From NCBI GenBank assembly GCA_037142195.1, contig JBAXBA010000004.1:22911-86910 (forward strand): a DNA stretch of 64,000 bases, given 5' to 3'. The DNA comes from Pseudomonadota bacterium (GTDB lineage Bacteria > Bdellovibrionota_B > Oligoflexia > Oligoflexales > CAIMVM01). Made by a program: the position numbers and the translations under genes. A model generated the notes under the pieces. It was not told where the DNA came from. It worked only from the letters and a program-made list of their open reading frames with translations, and made no database searches. Shown here one piece after another: positions 19,326-28,853 of this stretch. Every line of letters begins with the position of its first letter. The first letter of the stretch is position 1.

Positions 19326-22300
19326 TTAAAAGTAATTGTCAAAACTAAACTTTGCAAAAGCCTCAAAAGGATTGCCGACAAGTTGACCAACACCAAGGCC
19401 AGCCGTGAATTTAACGCCTTTATTTTCAAACTGCAAATCAAGATTGTAGCCGTGAGCTGCTTTTAAAACAGTTCCAGAAGGTGGGGTAGGTTGCTGATTC
19501 CAAGCGCCCCCATAGTTAAAAAATGCGGTAAAGTCCAAACGATCAAAGTAGAAAATAAAGCGGTACTTTTCAATGGACTCAATGACCGGAATCGTCCAAT
19601 TCACCTTGGCGCGGCCTTGAGTATCTCCTGCAGAACCAGATAGGAGGCCATTGGTGGGAGTGAGGGCGAAATTATTCTGGTTGATCCCTCCACCACTTCC
19701 AGGAATAAAAGTCTTCAGTGGGGTATAGAGTTCTTTTAAAAACGGCATTTTTTTGCCTCGTGTGCGCGATGTTTCCCCACCAAGAATGAGCTGTGAGCTC
19801 GCAATACGCCGAGAAAGAGTAACGGAGGTCTCGAATTTATTGTAATCAAAGTTTTTGCTGAGAGCTTCGGTTGTAAAGGTGCCCCCCAAATTTAAACCTA
19901 AGCGCCATTGGGCGAGGGAGCGTCCCGTCGAAATTTGGCCTCCTGGTTCCCAAAGAGTTCCTATTCTAGAAAGGTTGGGGCCGTATAAAGTCGTGAGATT
20001 GGCTCCCTTTACACCTAGGGAATAGTCAAAGCGTTGGTCGCCTATAACGGCATAGTTCGAAGCCTCAAAACGAGCGCCCACTTCGTCATAATAGCTAACA
20101 CTGCCTCTGCCGGTCTTAGGGTCTCGAATGAATCCGTTATAAGTCTGTTTTTTGTATCCAGAAAGACTTAAAAGCGTTTTAAACCGATTGGACGATAGGG
20201 TAACGTCTACCGACGGGAATCTGCTTTCCACACCGACGAGAACTGTGGCTCTGACAGTTTCATTTTGAAGGCTATCCACGAGAGGGATCGAGATAATACC
20301 CATTTGAAGCCCCATGGCATCATCTCCTCCCACCCAAGGAAAGAGAAGTGCAGGGCGGGCCTTCCATTTATAGGGCTCCGCTGATACAGGAGGCGTAGAT
20401 GTTTTGCTGGTAGTCGACTCAGGGGCTCCTGAAATGTCAACCGGTGAGGATATGGTCTGGTCTAAAGGTAGGGCTCCTTTGAGAACTCTGCTTGTGTCAA
20501 GAGTCAGCTGATCCCAAGTCGATTGAGACTCCAGGTGAGGGAAAACCCCATCCTGTGATTTTCCTTTTTCAGGGTTCGGGATGAGAGTCTGTTCCGAATC
20601 TAGCGATTCAGTCGAGGCGAGAAGTTGGGGTTTGGGACTCGAGATCAAAGAAGTATGGGGATCTGGATTCATATCTTTTGAGTCTTTGGCTTTTGTCGTG
20701 GGGGCATACGGCTGTTCTACAAGCTTTGACTTGAGCTTAGTCATATAGGCCCAGAAATCGGTTTCTAGCATAGACTTCGAAAAGGATGGGATGCCTTCAG
20801 CTGTGCCGCTCGAAGACGAGGGTTGAGACTTTCTTAGGGAGTAAAGGATGGGTGACAGATGTCCCGTGGATCCAGGGCAGCTAAACTTCTTTTCATGACT
20901 TGGGTCGATTTTTCTCAAGCTATAGCCGTCATTTTCCTTTAGACCTGCAATTAATTCGCCAGATTCCAAGCCGAAAACTGACACTAAATAGTCATCGAAA
21001 GGCAGTGTTTCTAGACAAGTGGCATCTTCACTGATGCGCCATAAGGATTGAGTAAGTCCATCCGCTGTGAGCACCCAAGTCTGATCCCCAGCAAAAGCAA
21101 TTTTTAAAGGATCGGCATTTTCATCCCATTTCAAGGTCTGAATCTCATTAGTATTCCGCTTCCAAACTTGCACTTTAAAGCGGTCGCCTAGTAGTGTTTG
21201 CTCAGAGACTTTAAGCCAGATTTCGCTAATCGTCGGACGTCCGAGTTTCGGGTCTAAAAAACTCTTTGTACCAAGTATATTCATCGTCTGGGGAAGCGTA
21301 TATTGGGCGTTGCAATTTGGTTTTAAAAAATAGTTGGAATCCGAGGCAAGGTTTTTTGTGATGTCTTTCAGTACCAGAAAACAGAGCCATGTATCCTCTC
21401 CGTGCCACATGGACCAGGCTATCCGATCTCCCGTGTCAAAAAGCTTTTCTACGCCCTTAAGAGCAGCGATTTTCTTCCATTTACCCCCCGGTGTCCTAGC
21501 TATCATCATCTCTGGGGAGGCGAGATCGTGAGCTTTTTCACTTCTCTGCATCATGACTTCTATGTCGCTATTTTCAATTTTAGTTCCTTGGCTTGGTCTT
21601 TGAGCGAAAGAAGTATTGCTATCGTCGATTTTAACGGCCCATTGGGAATCATGATCAAACAAGATCTCTTTCCCTTTTTGGGACCCCCTACTCGAGGGCG
21701 CGTCGATGAAAACGGAATTTCCGTAGATTGCTAAGGAATGCAAATAGGCGAGTTTTAGCCGTGGAGATTTAGACTCCGTAAGCTGCTTGGAAATTCGCTG
21801 ACTTTGCCAAAAGGTTGTGGCTTCTTTTTTGTATTCTTCCCAGAGTTTGGCGCCGCTTTCACCTAGTTGATTTTCCAGGGCTCGATCAAAGGGCATAAAT
21901 CCATTGAATGGCAAGGCAGCCCATGGCCAAAGCCACGGAGCAGAATAAAATCTAAAGTCTTTTAGGAAAGCCGGAAGTTGATTCTGGTTGGGGCTCTTTC
22001 GTATGGCTTTAAGGCTTATCCATCGCACAAAAGAACCTACGGTGGGATATCCCTCTTGTGCCCAATCACCGTCGGAATAGAGTGCATGGAGCTTATCATA
22101 GGAAGGCCAATGGCCACTTAAAGCGTGATACCTTTCGTACATCATCTGAGTTGTAGAACGCGATGAGACAGATAGGGCTTCGGCTAGGCCTTCAATGTAC
22201 CATGATGGCATCCAGATGAGGTTAAGTGTGGCTCCAGGGGGGCCGAAAATGTTATAGAAGTGGAGATACATGGTCGAGTGTGTGTACTCGTGCCAAGCAA

Positions 22301-22634
22301 GATCCCTCTCAAATTGTCCCATGGTTTGGAGTTCGACTTGATCAAATATCCAGTTGGCAAAGGACGCATTTGAGGTGACAGCCGAGCTGATAACAGGTAG
22401 AGGTTTGCCGTCTCGGTTTTTTTCGAACCAAGCTTCAAAAACAGGCTTTGCCGCCTCAAGTGAGTTTAATATCATGGGGCCTTCATGCTTGCCCCTAGAG
22501 TCAACGTAGATGGAAAAATCTTTTGCCATGATTTGATTGTATTTGATCCCATCTTGAGAAATGCCGAAATTGATCGGTAAAGCTTCAGATCTAGGAATCC
22601 AGAGAAAAAACAAAACCAGATAAATGTATATCAT
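19326..22634 (-). CDS. Large exported protein: N-terminal gluzincin-like peptidase domain plus probable C-terminal Omp85-like beta-barrel
   Basis: Signal peptide; 'HEYTH' followed by 'PSWYIEGLAE'; C-terminal amphipathic strands ending in Phe. Confidence 0.6.
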   Translation of the reverse strand: MIYIYLVLFFLWIPRSEALPINFGISQDGIKYNQIMAKDFSIYVDSRGKHEGPMILNSLEAAKPVFEAWFEKNRDGKPLPVISSAVTSNASFANWIFDQVELQTMGQFERDLAWHEYTHSTMYLHFYNIFGPPGATLNLIWMPSWYIEGLAEALSVSSRSTTQMMYERYHALSGHWPSYDKLHALYSDGDWAQEGYPTVGSFVRWISLKAIRKSPNQNQLPAFLKDFRFYSAPWLWPWAALPFNGFMPFDRALENQLGESGAKLWEEYKKEATTFWQSQRISKQLTESKSPRLKLAYLHSLAIYGNSVFIDAPSSRGSQKGKEILFDHDSQWAVKIDDSNTSFAQRPSQGTKIENSDIEVMMQRSEKAHDLASPEMMIARTPGGKWKKIAALKGVEKLFDTGDRIAWSMWHGEDTWLCFLVLKDITKNLASDSNYFLKPNCNAQYTLPQTMNILGTKSFLDPKLGRPTISEIWLKVSEQTLLGDRFKVQVWKRNTNEIQTLKWDENADPLKIAFAGDQTWVLTADGLTQSLWRISEDATCLETLPFDDYLVSVFGLESGELIAGLKENDGYSLRKIDPSHEKKFSCPGSTGHLSPILYSLRKSQPSSSSGTAEGIPSFSKSMLETDFWAYMTKLKSKLVEQPYAPTTKAKDSKDMNPDPHTSLISSPKPQLLASTESLDSEQTLIPNPEKGKSQDGVFPHLESQSTWDQLTLDTSRVLKGALPLDQTISSPVDISGAPESTTSKTSTPPVSAEPYKWKARPALLFPWVGGDDAMGLQMGIISIPLVDSLQNETVRATVLVGVESRFPSVDVTLSSNRFKTLLSLSGYKKQTYNGFIRDPKTGRGSVSYYDEVGARFEASNYAVIGDQRFDYSLGVKGANLTTLYGPNLSRIGTLWEPGGQISTGRSLAQWRLGLNLGGTFTTEALSKNFDYNKFETSVTLSRRIASSQLILGGETSRTRGKKMPFLKELYTPLKTFIPGSGGGINQNNFALTPTNGLLSGSAGDTQGRAKVNWTIPVIESIEKYRFIFYFDRLDFTAFFNYGGAWNQQPTPPSGTVLKAAHGYNLDLQFENKGVKFTAGLGVGQLVGNPFEAFAKFSFDNYF

Positions 22635-23365
22635 TTTCTGGCCTCGAAGATTTTTCTGGCTCTTTCTAAGTCTTCAGCAGTATCAATTCCTAGGCTGGAA
22701 ACCTTTGATTCTACGACCAAAATAGACATTCCTCCTTCCAAAGCACGAAGTTGCTCCAACTTTTCTGCAGTTTCTAGAGGTGAAGGCTTCATGGCGACAA
22801 AAGTCATCAAGCTGTCTTTTCTAAAAACGTAGACTCCTTGATGTTGGAGCCAGGCCTCTGGTGCGGTGTCCCGATAGTGCGGTATCGGACTTCTTGAAAA
22901 GTAAAGAGCTTTGCGGTGGGCAGTAATCGCGACTTTTACAACATTGGGATTTTCCAGCCCTTCCGCTCCCTGGCGTTTAAAGGCAAGGGTCGCCATGTCT
23001 GCATCTGACAATTCAAATTCTTCCATAAGCGTAATTAAAGTTTCTGGATCAGCAAAGGGTTCGTCTCCCTGAAGGTTCATAATAAACCTTTCTCTAAACC
23101 GACTCGCAACTTCAGCACAGCGGTCGGTACCAGATTCGTGCTCTGGGCGGGTCAAGACAGCTTCTATATTTTCTTTGAGGCAAAGACTTGCAACTTGAGA
23201 AGAATCCGTAGCCACGACGATTCGGACGCCAAGCTTGGCTAAGGGGGCTATATTTTCTACGACCCGGATGATCAAGGGTTTGCCATGAAGATCAGCTAAG
23301 GGCTTCTGAGGAAGCCTTGTGCTATTAAGTCGGGCAGGGATAATGACCAGCCAGGGATGTTTCAT
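22631..23365 (-). CDS. kdsB: 3-deoxy-manno-octulosonate cytidylyltransferase
   Basis: 'IIPARLNSTRLPQKPL', 'SGTDR', 'QGDEP', 'ALYFSRSPIP', 'EKLEQLRAL'. Confidence 0.95.
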   Translation of the reverse strand: MKHPWLVIIPARLNSTRLPQKPLADLHGKPLIIRVVENIAPLAKLGVRIVVATDSSQVASLCLKENIEAVLTRPEHESGTDRCAEVASRFRERFIMNLQGDEPFADPETLITLMEEFELSDADMATLAFKRQGAEGLENPNVVKVAITAHRKALYFSRSPIPHYRDTAPEAWLQHQGVYVFRKDSLMTFVAMKPSPLETAEKLEQLRALEGGMSILVVESKVSSLGIDTAEDLERARKIFEARK

Positions 23366-23479
23366 ACTTACTCCGCCCACGAAATTTTACTAGTTTACCC
23401 TGACTATTTTAACATGAAAGCAGATTTTCTACTTTTTGTGGTACTATGGAAGTATGTAACTTCTATAGGGAGTCGAAAG

Positions 23480-23911
23480 ATGAGCCTAAGCCCATCCAGC
23501 CTTAGCTACTACTTAAATGTACTTTGTCCCTTGTCTGACAAGTTGTTTCAGTTTTCCCATGCCTGTGTTCTTGAAAGAGAAGCGGCACTCGAATTAACTC
23601 GAAGCACCTATAGCGAAATAGCGGACAATCTTCCAAGCCCAGGAGATGGGGATACTGATCTAGTCGCATTGATTCGAACAGCATGGAAAAGATTGGATCG
23701 TCAGGGAAAGTACGCTGCGCCAAAATCTGGACATAGGATTTTTCAAGACGTTTTTTCTAAGATGAATCTTGAAAGTCGCGCTGCTTTGATCTCAATCGAT
23801 TTTTTAGGATTTGACGAAGAGCAGGCGGCCTATGCGTTGGGTTTGAACGAGGCAGAAGTTTGTAAAGCGCTTTCTGCGGCCCGCAAAATATTAATCAATG
23901 GAAACTTCTGA
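23480..23911 (+). CDS. Short, divergent ECF sigma-factor-like protein
   Basis: Region-4-like 'LESRAALISIDFLGFDEEQAAYALGL...ALSAARKIL'; eroded region 2; precedes an anti-sigma-like gene. Confidence 0.55.
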   Translation: MSLSPSSLSYYLNVLCPLSDKLFQFSHACVLEREAALELTRSTYSEIADNLPSPGDGDTDLVALIRTAWKRLDRQGKYAAPKSGHRIFQDVFSKMNLESRAALISIDFLGFDEEQAAYALGLNEAEVCKALSAARKILINGNF

Positions 23912-23920
23912 GGGATTCGA

Positions 23921-24769
23921 ATGAAGACTAATCTTTATCAAAGTATGAGTGACGATGAACTTTTCTTTAGTCTTGTAGATCGTTACGCTGCCGGTGAAAT
24001 ACCTGCAGAGGTATCTTCAAGATTTGATGCTCTTCTTCAAAGGCCAGACTATAAAGACAAAGTAGAAGTCTTTAAAAAGGCCCATGGGAAGCTACAGCTA
24101 ATAATGGATGGCTTCTATTTAAATGAAGAGCAAACTTTAGAAATTCGAAGTTTTGCACAGGGTGCCTCTAATATGACTGAAGATGAACAGCAGGGAATCG
24201 ATGATATTGGGAATGAATCCAAAATTTCTGGCATGTTGCGTTTTCTGATGTTTATGATTGTATTTGGACTTACTATTGGCGGCGCTATTTGGAAATTTGC
24301 ACCTGAAAAACACGGAAAATTTGATGCCCTCTATTATTTGTCTTATGAAAGTACAGTTTTAGAAAATGACCCTGCAGGAAGAATGGATCTTATTACAGAG
24401 GATCCTTCTGAATTAGAGAATTATTTTGCAAAATATCCAAATCTCGGCTTTAAAGTAGGCCTTCTAAAAGTGCCAGCAGGCTGGGCCGTAAAAGGAGCCA
24501 CAGTCATAGATTATGATTTCGCGAAGGTAGGAGCTGTACTCTATTCTCAAAATGACGGATCTGATCAATTGGTTCAGTTTGTTTGGAAGAGCAAAAAAGG
24601 AGATTTGCCGGCGGCTTACGAAGGTAAAGAAGGTAACCTAACCTATGCCTCTTATACAAGCGAATCCACGAATCTTATTTCCTTTAGCAATGGTGATGAT
24701 ACAAGTACGCTTCTTGTGGGGCGGCTTTCTGCGGTGCAAATGGCAAAAATAGCGGCTGAAAAGCGTTGA
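23921..24769 (+). CDS. Putative single-pass membrane anti-sigma factor
   Basis: Helical cytoplasmic N-terminus, one TM segment, periplasmic domain; 9 nt after the ECF-like gene. Confidence 0.5.
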   Translation: MKTNLYQSMSDDELFFSLVDRYAAGEIPAEVSSRFDALLQRPDYKDKVEVFKKAHGKLQLIMDGFYLNEEQTLEIRSFAQGASNMTEDEQQGIDDIGNESKISGMLRFLMFMIVFGLTIGGAIWKFAPEKHGKFDALYYLSYESTVLENDPAGRMDLITEDPSELENYFAKYPNLGFKVGLLKVPAGWAVKGATVIDYDFAKVGAVLYSQNDGSDQLVQFVWKSKKGDLPAAYEGKEGNLTYASYTSESTNLISFSNGDDTSTLLVGRLSAVQMAKIAAEKR

Positions 24770-25129
24770 TTTCCAAACTCCTTTTGCTTCGACTTCTATT
24801 TCGTCTTCTGGGTTTTTTTTGGATCCATCATTCTTGCTCCGGGAGCCTGAATGGTCAGAAATAGCGACTTGCTACTATAAAGTAGGGAGTCTTTTCTTGT
24901 CGTTGGAGCAGAATGCTTTCTGGAAGTCCCCGCTGTCTAGGAACACTTGGGAAGCCGTAGCTGGATCCTAAGGGGGATATGCGCTTTTTAGGTGCAAAGC
25001 CTCCCTTAATTCCTTTAATTCCTTGAAATAAGTGCAAATTAGCCCGATGATTCATGTGAAACATTTTGTTTAACACCCAGTTTTTTATAAGATACTTGGG
25101 ATTTATGCTTAGGAATTAACTTAAATTAT

Positions 25130-26152
25130 ATGAAACCGCCAAAACATGAAAGAATTCTTGTCATTCAATTGCGGCAGCTGGGTGATATTTTGCTTACAAC
25201 CCCCATTCTTCGGGAGATAAAGAAAGCCAAGCCAGAGGCTGAGGTGACTTTTTTGTCCCATGCTATGGGTCGGCTAGTTGTAGATGGTAATCCCTATTTG
25301 GATCGTCATTTGACCTACTCAGATACCATGTCTTGGAGAGAAGAATTAAGCCTTATCCAAAAAATCAGAAGTTTCAAGTTTGATTATGTTTTGGACTTTA
25401 TGTTTAATCCTAAAAGTTGTTTCTATGTGTCTTTGTCAGGGGCAAAAAAGAAAGTTTCGTTTGAGTCTTCTAGATCCGTTTTCTTTGACATGGTGGTGCC
25501 GCGGGGAGGTGGTGCTTATATTGTCGATGAGAAATTTAGAATCCTACGTGCGATTGGCATTTCCCCCAGCAGTATTTCATTAGACTTACCTTGGGATGAG
25601 CATCATATTGCTCCCATTCAACATCTTCTAAAAGCTGGTTCCTTTGCGCATTCTAAGTTGCGCGTCGTCATATCTCCTACTCATCGCCGCGCTCATCGCC
25701 GTTGGCCTCTGAAGTCTTTTAGCGAGCTGGCAATGCGATTGATTCAGAATTGGGGCGCTGAGATCATTTGGCTTTGGGGGCCAGGGGAGGAGGCACTTTG
25801 TGATGAGGCCATTGCTATGACCCAACTTCCCACTTTAAAGGCTCCCAAGACTAGTTTTAAAGAGTTGGCTGCTTTGATTTCAAATTGTGACTTGTTTATT
25901 GGAAACTCTAATGGGCCAAGTCATATCGCCGTGGCGGCAGATATAGTCAGCTTGCAGTTTCATGGGCCCACTTTAGCCTCAAGTTGGTGTCCCATGACTT
26001 CAAAACATCACGCGATTCAGTCTCATGACGGCACCATCCAAGGACTCACCACAGAAGAGGTCTGGTCTGAGCTCGAAAGGATGAAAGATTTTATTTTCCA
26101 TGAGTCAGAGGCTAGAAAAAAAAGTGGTCTAAAGACCCATTGGAAAATTTAG
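25130..26152 (+). CDS. Glycosyltransferase family 9 (LPS heptosyltransferase-like)
   Basis: 'ILVIQLRQLGDILLTTP', 'RRWP', 'FIGNSNGPSHIAVA'. Confidence 0.88.
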   Translation: MKPPKHERILVIQLRQLGDILLTTPILREIKKAKPEAEVTFLSHAMGRLVVDGNPYLDRHLTYSDTMSWREELSLIQKIRSFKFDYVLDFMFNPKSCFYVSLSGAKKKVSFESSRSVFFDMVVPRGGGAYIVDEKFRILRAIGISPSSISLDLPWDEHHIAPIQHLLKAGSFAHSKLRVVISPTHRRAHRRWPLKSFSELAMRLIQNWGAEIIWLWGPGEEALCDEAIAMTQLPTLKAPKTSFKELAALISNCDLFIGNSNGPSHIAVAADIVSLQFHGPTLASSWCPMTSKHHAIQSHDGTIQGLTTEEVWSELERMKDFIFHESEARKKSGLKTHWKI

Positions 26153-26182
26153 GCCCATACGCGTTTAATAGGACAGCGCATC

Positions 26183-26216
26183 AGCCACCAAAGTGTTTTT
26201 GCTTTGGTGGCTTTTT
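26183..26216 (+). terminator. Intrinsic terminator between GT9 and rlmI
   Basis: AGCCACCAAAG / CTTTGGTGGCT stem followed by TTTT. Confidence 0.75.
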
Positions 26217-26261
26217 AGGGCTTTTTGGGAAGCTGAAGTACTTTAAATGCTAAAGAGAGCA

Positions 26262-27431
26262 TTAGATTTTTCTTATCTGCAGCCCTTTTAAATAAGATGA
26301 TTCGGGGAAGGTTAGTAGGATAGGGTGGTCCTCAGCCTGCATGAATTTTCCAACAATTTGGCCATTGCATCCGGCTTCGAGGGCCGCAGAAAAAATGATC
26401 TTTTGAAAAAGCAAATCGTCCATATGACCAGAGCAGCTAAAAGTTGCCAGGATTCCGCCTGGGTTTAGGAGATGGAAAGCAAGGCGGTTAATATCCTTAT
26501 ACCCTCTTGCTGCACGATCTAAATCGCTCTTGGAATTCACAAATTTAGGAGGATCTAAAATGATGAGATCAAATTTTTGTCCGTCTTCCTTAGCTTTTCT
26601 GAGGTATTCAAAGACATCAAGCTTCATGGACAGATTGCCTTGAGTGATTTGATTTACCTCTAAGTTTTTCTCCAGTACCTCGAGCGCTTGGGAGCTTACC
26701 TCTACTGACACAACTTCGAGAGCACCCCCTAATAAAGCAGCGACGGAATATCCTCCTGTATAAGAGAAGCAGTTGAGTACCCGCTTTCCTTTTGCAATCC
26801 GCTTCACCTCGGCTCGGCTTTGTCGTTGGTCCAAATAGAAACCTGTCTTATGGCCAGAAGGAATGTTTACTAGAAGCTTGTAGCCATTTTCGATAATGAG
26901 TGTTTCAGAAGTAATATTTTTTCCAAAAAGAAGTCCTGATGTTTGTTCCAGGCCTTCTTTTTCTCTAACCGCTTCATCACTTCGATCCCAAACGGTTTCT
27001 GGCTTTAGCATTTCGATTACTAAGTCTAAAATGATGTTTCGATAAAACTCCATGCCTGCCGTCAAAAACTGAAGAACGATCACCAACCCATATTGATCTA
27101 TGATCAACCCAGGAAGTTCATCAGCTTCGCTTGCCACAAGCCGACAGGCCGTATTTGTCGTCGTTAAAATATGCTGCCGACGAGAAAAAGAGCGCGATAG
27201 TGCCCCATAAAAAAAATCGCGATCTAATTTTTGATCTAGGAACGAAAGAATTCTTAGAGCAATTTGAGACTTAGGGTTGTAGTAGCCTATTCCCAAAAAA
27301 TCGCCTTTTGCCGACTCTATGCGGACTTCCGGACAAAATTCATCAGGTGCTTTCGAAATGGCACCTGAAAAAATCCATGGATGCTTCCATACCGCATTCT
27401 TCTCTTTACCTGGCTTAAGCTTTACAAGCAT
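26262..27431 (-). CDS. rlmI: RlmI-like 23S rRNA m5C methyltransferase
   Basis: 'HPWIFSG', 'GHKTGFYLDQR', 'VLNCFSYTGG', 'IILDPPKF', 'YLKG'. Confidence 0.88.
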   Translation of the reverse strand: MLVKLKPGKEKNAVWKHPWIFSGAISKAPDEFCPEVRIESAKGDFLGIGYYNPKSQIALRILSFLDQKLDRDFFYGALSRSFSRRQHILTTTNTACRLVASEADELPGLIIDQYGLVIVLQFLTAGMEFYRNIILDLVIEMLKPETVWDRSDEAVREKEGLEQTSGLLFGKNITSETLIIENGYKLLVNIPSGHKTGFYLDQRQSRAEVKRIAKGKRVLNCFSYTGGYSVAALLGGALEVVSVEVSSQALEVLEKNLEVNQITQGNLSMKLDVFEYLRKAKEDGQKFDLIILDPPKFVNSKSDLDRAARGYKDINRLAFHLLNPGGILATFSCSGHMDDLLFQKIIFSAALEAGCNGQIVGKFMQAEDHPILLTFPESSYLKGLQIRKI

Positions 27432-27491
27432 GACGTTCCTCTCGATTGAGAGAGAAGGCATACACCGAACCCGCCTTGAAGCCAAGGGCTA

Positions 27492-28853
27492 TTAAGCCTT
27501 ATCCCCAGACTCTAAAATTTGTTTTAACTCACTGATTTCATAGCGAACAAATAAGGATTCAGCCCGCTCCACCAGCCACATTCCAGGAGGTGCTCCCTTT
27601 TGTTTTTTAAGAAACGAACGCTGGGTGAATTGTACCTCGGAGGCCTGAGATGCCCGCGCTTTCGAAAAATGAATCGCAAGGATAGCCCCCTCGCGAATCA
27701 AAGAGGGGCTTAGAGCCTTGTGCTTTAGAGATCTAGCCGGCAAAATAATGTGGGAGCCAGTTCCTGAGGTCACATGGAACCAATAATCATTTCCTTTCGC
27801 TTTTTTGCATAAAACGTCATTTTCTAAGGCGCTTTTTCCTACTAAAAAGATAGAACCATCTTTTCCAAAAAACTCACGATAAGGCTTTGAATCCGAATCG
27901 TCTAAGGCTTGCTTTTTCTTTTGAACCTCGACCGGAATTTGAAATCTTTTATAAATAGCTTCCAGGGAAGTCGAATTCACCTGAGAATCCGAAAGTGTGG
28001 AGATGAGGTCCGTGAGTGCCTGGTGTTCGCTCTTTAGCTTTGCCAAGTGAAAACTGCCAATTTCTAGAGACCTTTCCATCTTCTTGAGCTTTTTATACAT
28101 AAGATCTAGATTTTTTCCGGGACTTATATCTGGATCCAAGTCTATTTCCACAATATTTCCATTTTTTTCATTTACGAGGCATACCTTGGAATAAGGCGGC
28201 TGAAGGGTGCCTAACTGAAGAGTTAGCAAGGAAATCTTCTCTTTTTGCCGATCTATCTCAAATGCAGAAGAAACTTTAGGGTCTGTTTTTAAAATACTCT
28301 TTTGCAGGGTGCGGGCTTTTCGCTTTAATCGCTGAATGGCATGCCTGTATTCCGGCTGTAGGTCCTCATTTGAGGTCTTGGTATCGGCTTTTTCTGAACT
28401 AGGGGAAAGGGGAGTGATTACGGGTGAGATGTCAGGGGAAAAAGTCATGGCTTTAGTGAAGACTCCCTTTGAAGACATGCGAACTAGAGAGTTGTGATTG
28501 CTAACAAAATGTAAGATTGGAATCGAGCCTTTTTCAAAACAAAAATAAGCATATTCAGGCGTCTCACCCTCGTGGGTTCTTCTGATAACGATACTTTTCA
28601 GAGAGTCTGTTTGAGATTGACCCATGAGAAGACCGTGTTTAAGGTGTTTTTTTACGATTTCAGAGAATGCGCTCGTGGGCTTTAAATCCATGGGTTTGGT
28701 AGTTTCCAGGGAAAACCTACCATTAGTTGTGTCTGCAAGTAGGTAGGCTTTTCTCTGCAGGTGAGATCTTGATCCTAAAAGCTCCATCACAATATAAGCA
28801 GATTGACCTTGCCAGACTCGCCCCGTTCGCCAAAGGGGGGTATCATCACTCAT
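27492..28853 (-). CDS. NFACT/RqcH (FbpA/DUF814)-family protein with divergent N-terminus
   Basis: C-terminal NFACT-R 'VGKSALENDVL', 'WFHV...GSHII', 'KGAPPG'; coiled-coil middle; ATG 28853 overlaps the mtgA stop. Confidence 0.75.
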   Translation of the reverse strand: MSDDTPLWRTGRVWQGQSAYIVMELLGSRSHLQRKAYLLADTTNGRFSLETTKPMDLKPTSAFSEIVKKHLKHGLLMGQSQTDSLKSIVIRRTHEGETPEYAYFCFEKGSIPILHFVSNHNSLVRMSSKGVFTKAMTFSPDISPVITPLSPSSEKADTKTSNEDLQPEYRHAIQRLKRKARTLQKSILKTDPKVSSAFEIDRQKEKISLLTLQLGTLQPPYSKVCLVNEKNGNIVEIDLDPDISPGKNLDLMYKKLKKMERSLEIGSFHLAKLKSEHQALTDLISTLSDSQVNSTSLEAIYKRFQIPVEVQKKKQALDDSDSKPYREFFGKDGSIFLVGKSALENDVLCKKAKGNDYWFHVTSGTGSHIILPARSLKHKALSPSLIREGAILAIHFSKARASQASEVQFTQRSFLKKQKGAPPGMWLVERAESLFVRYEISELKQILESGDKA

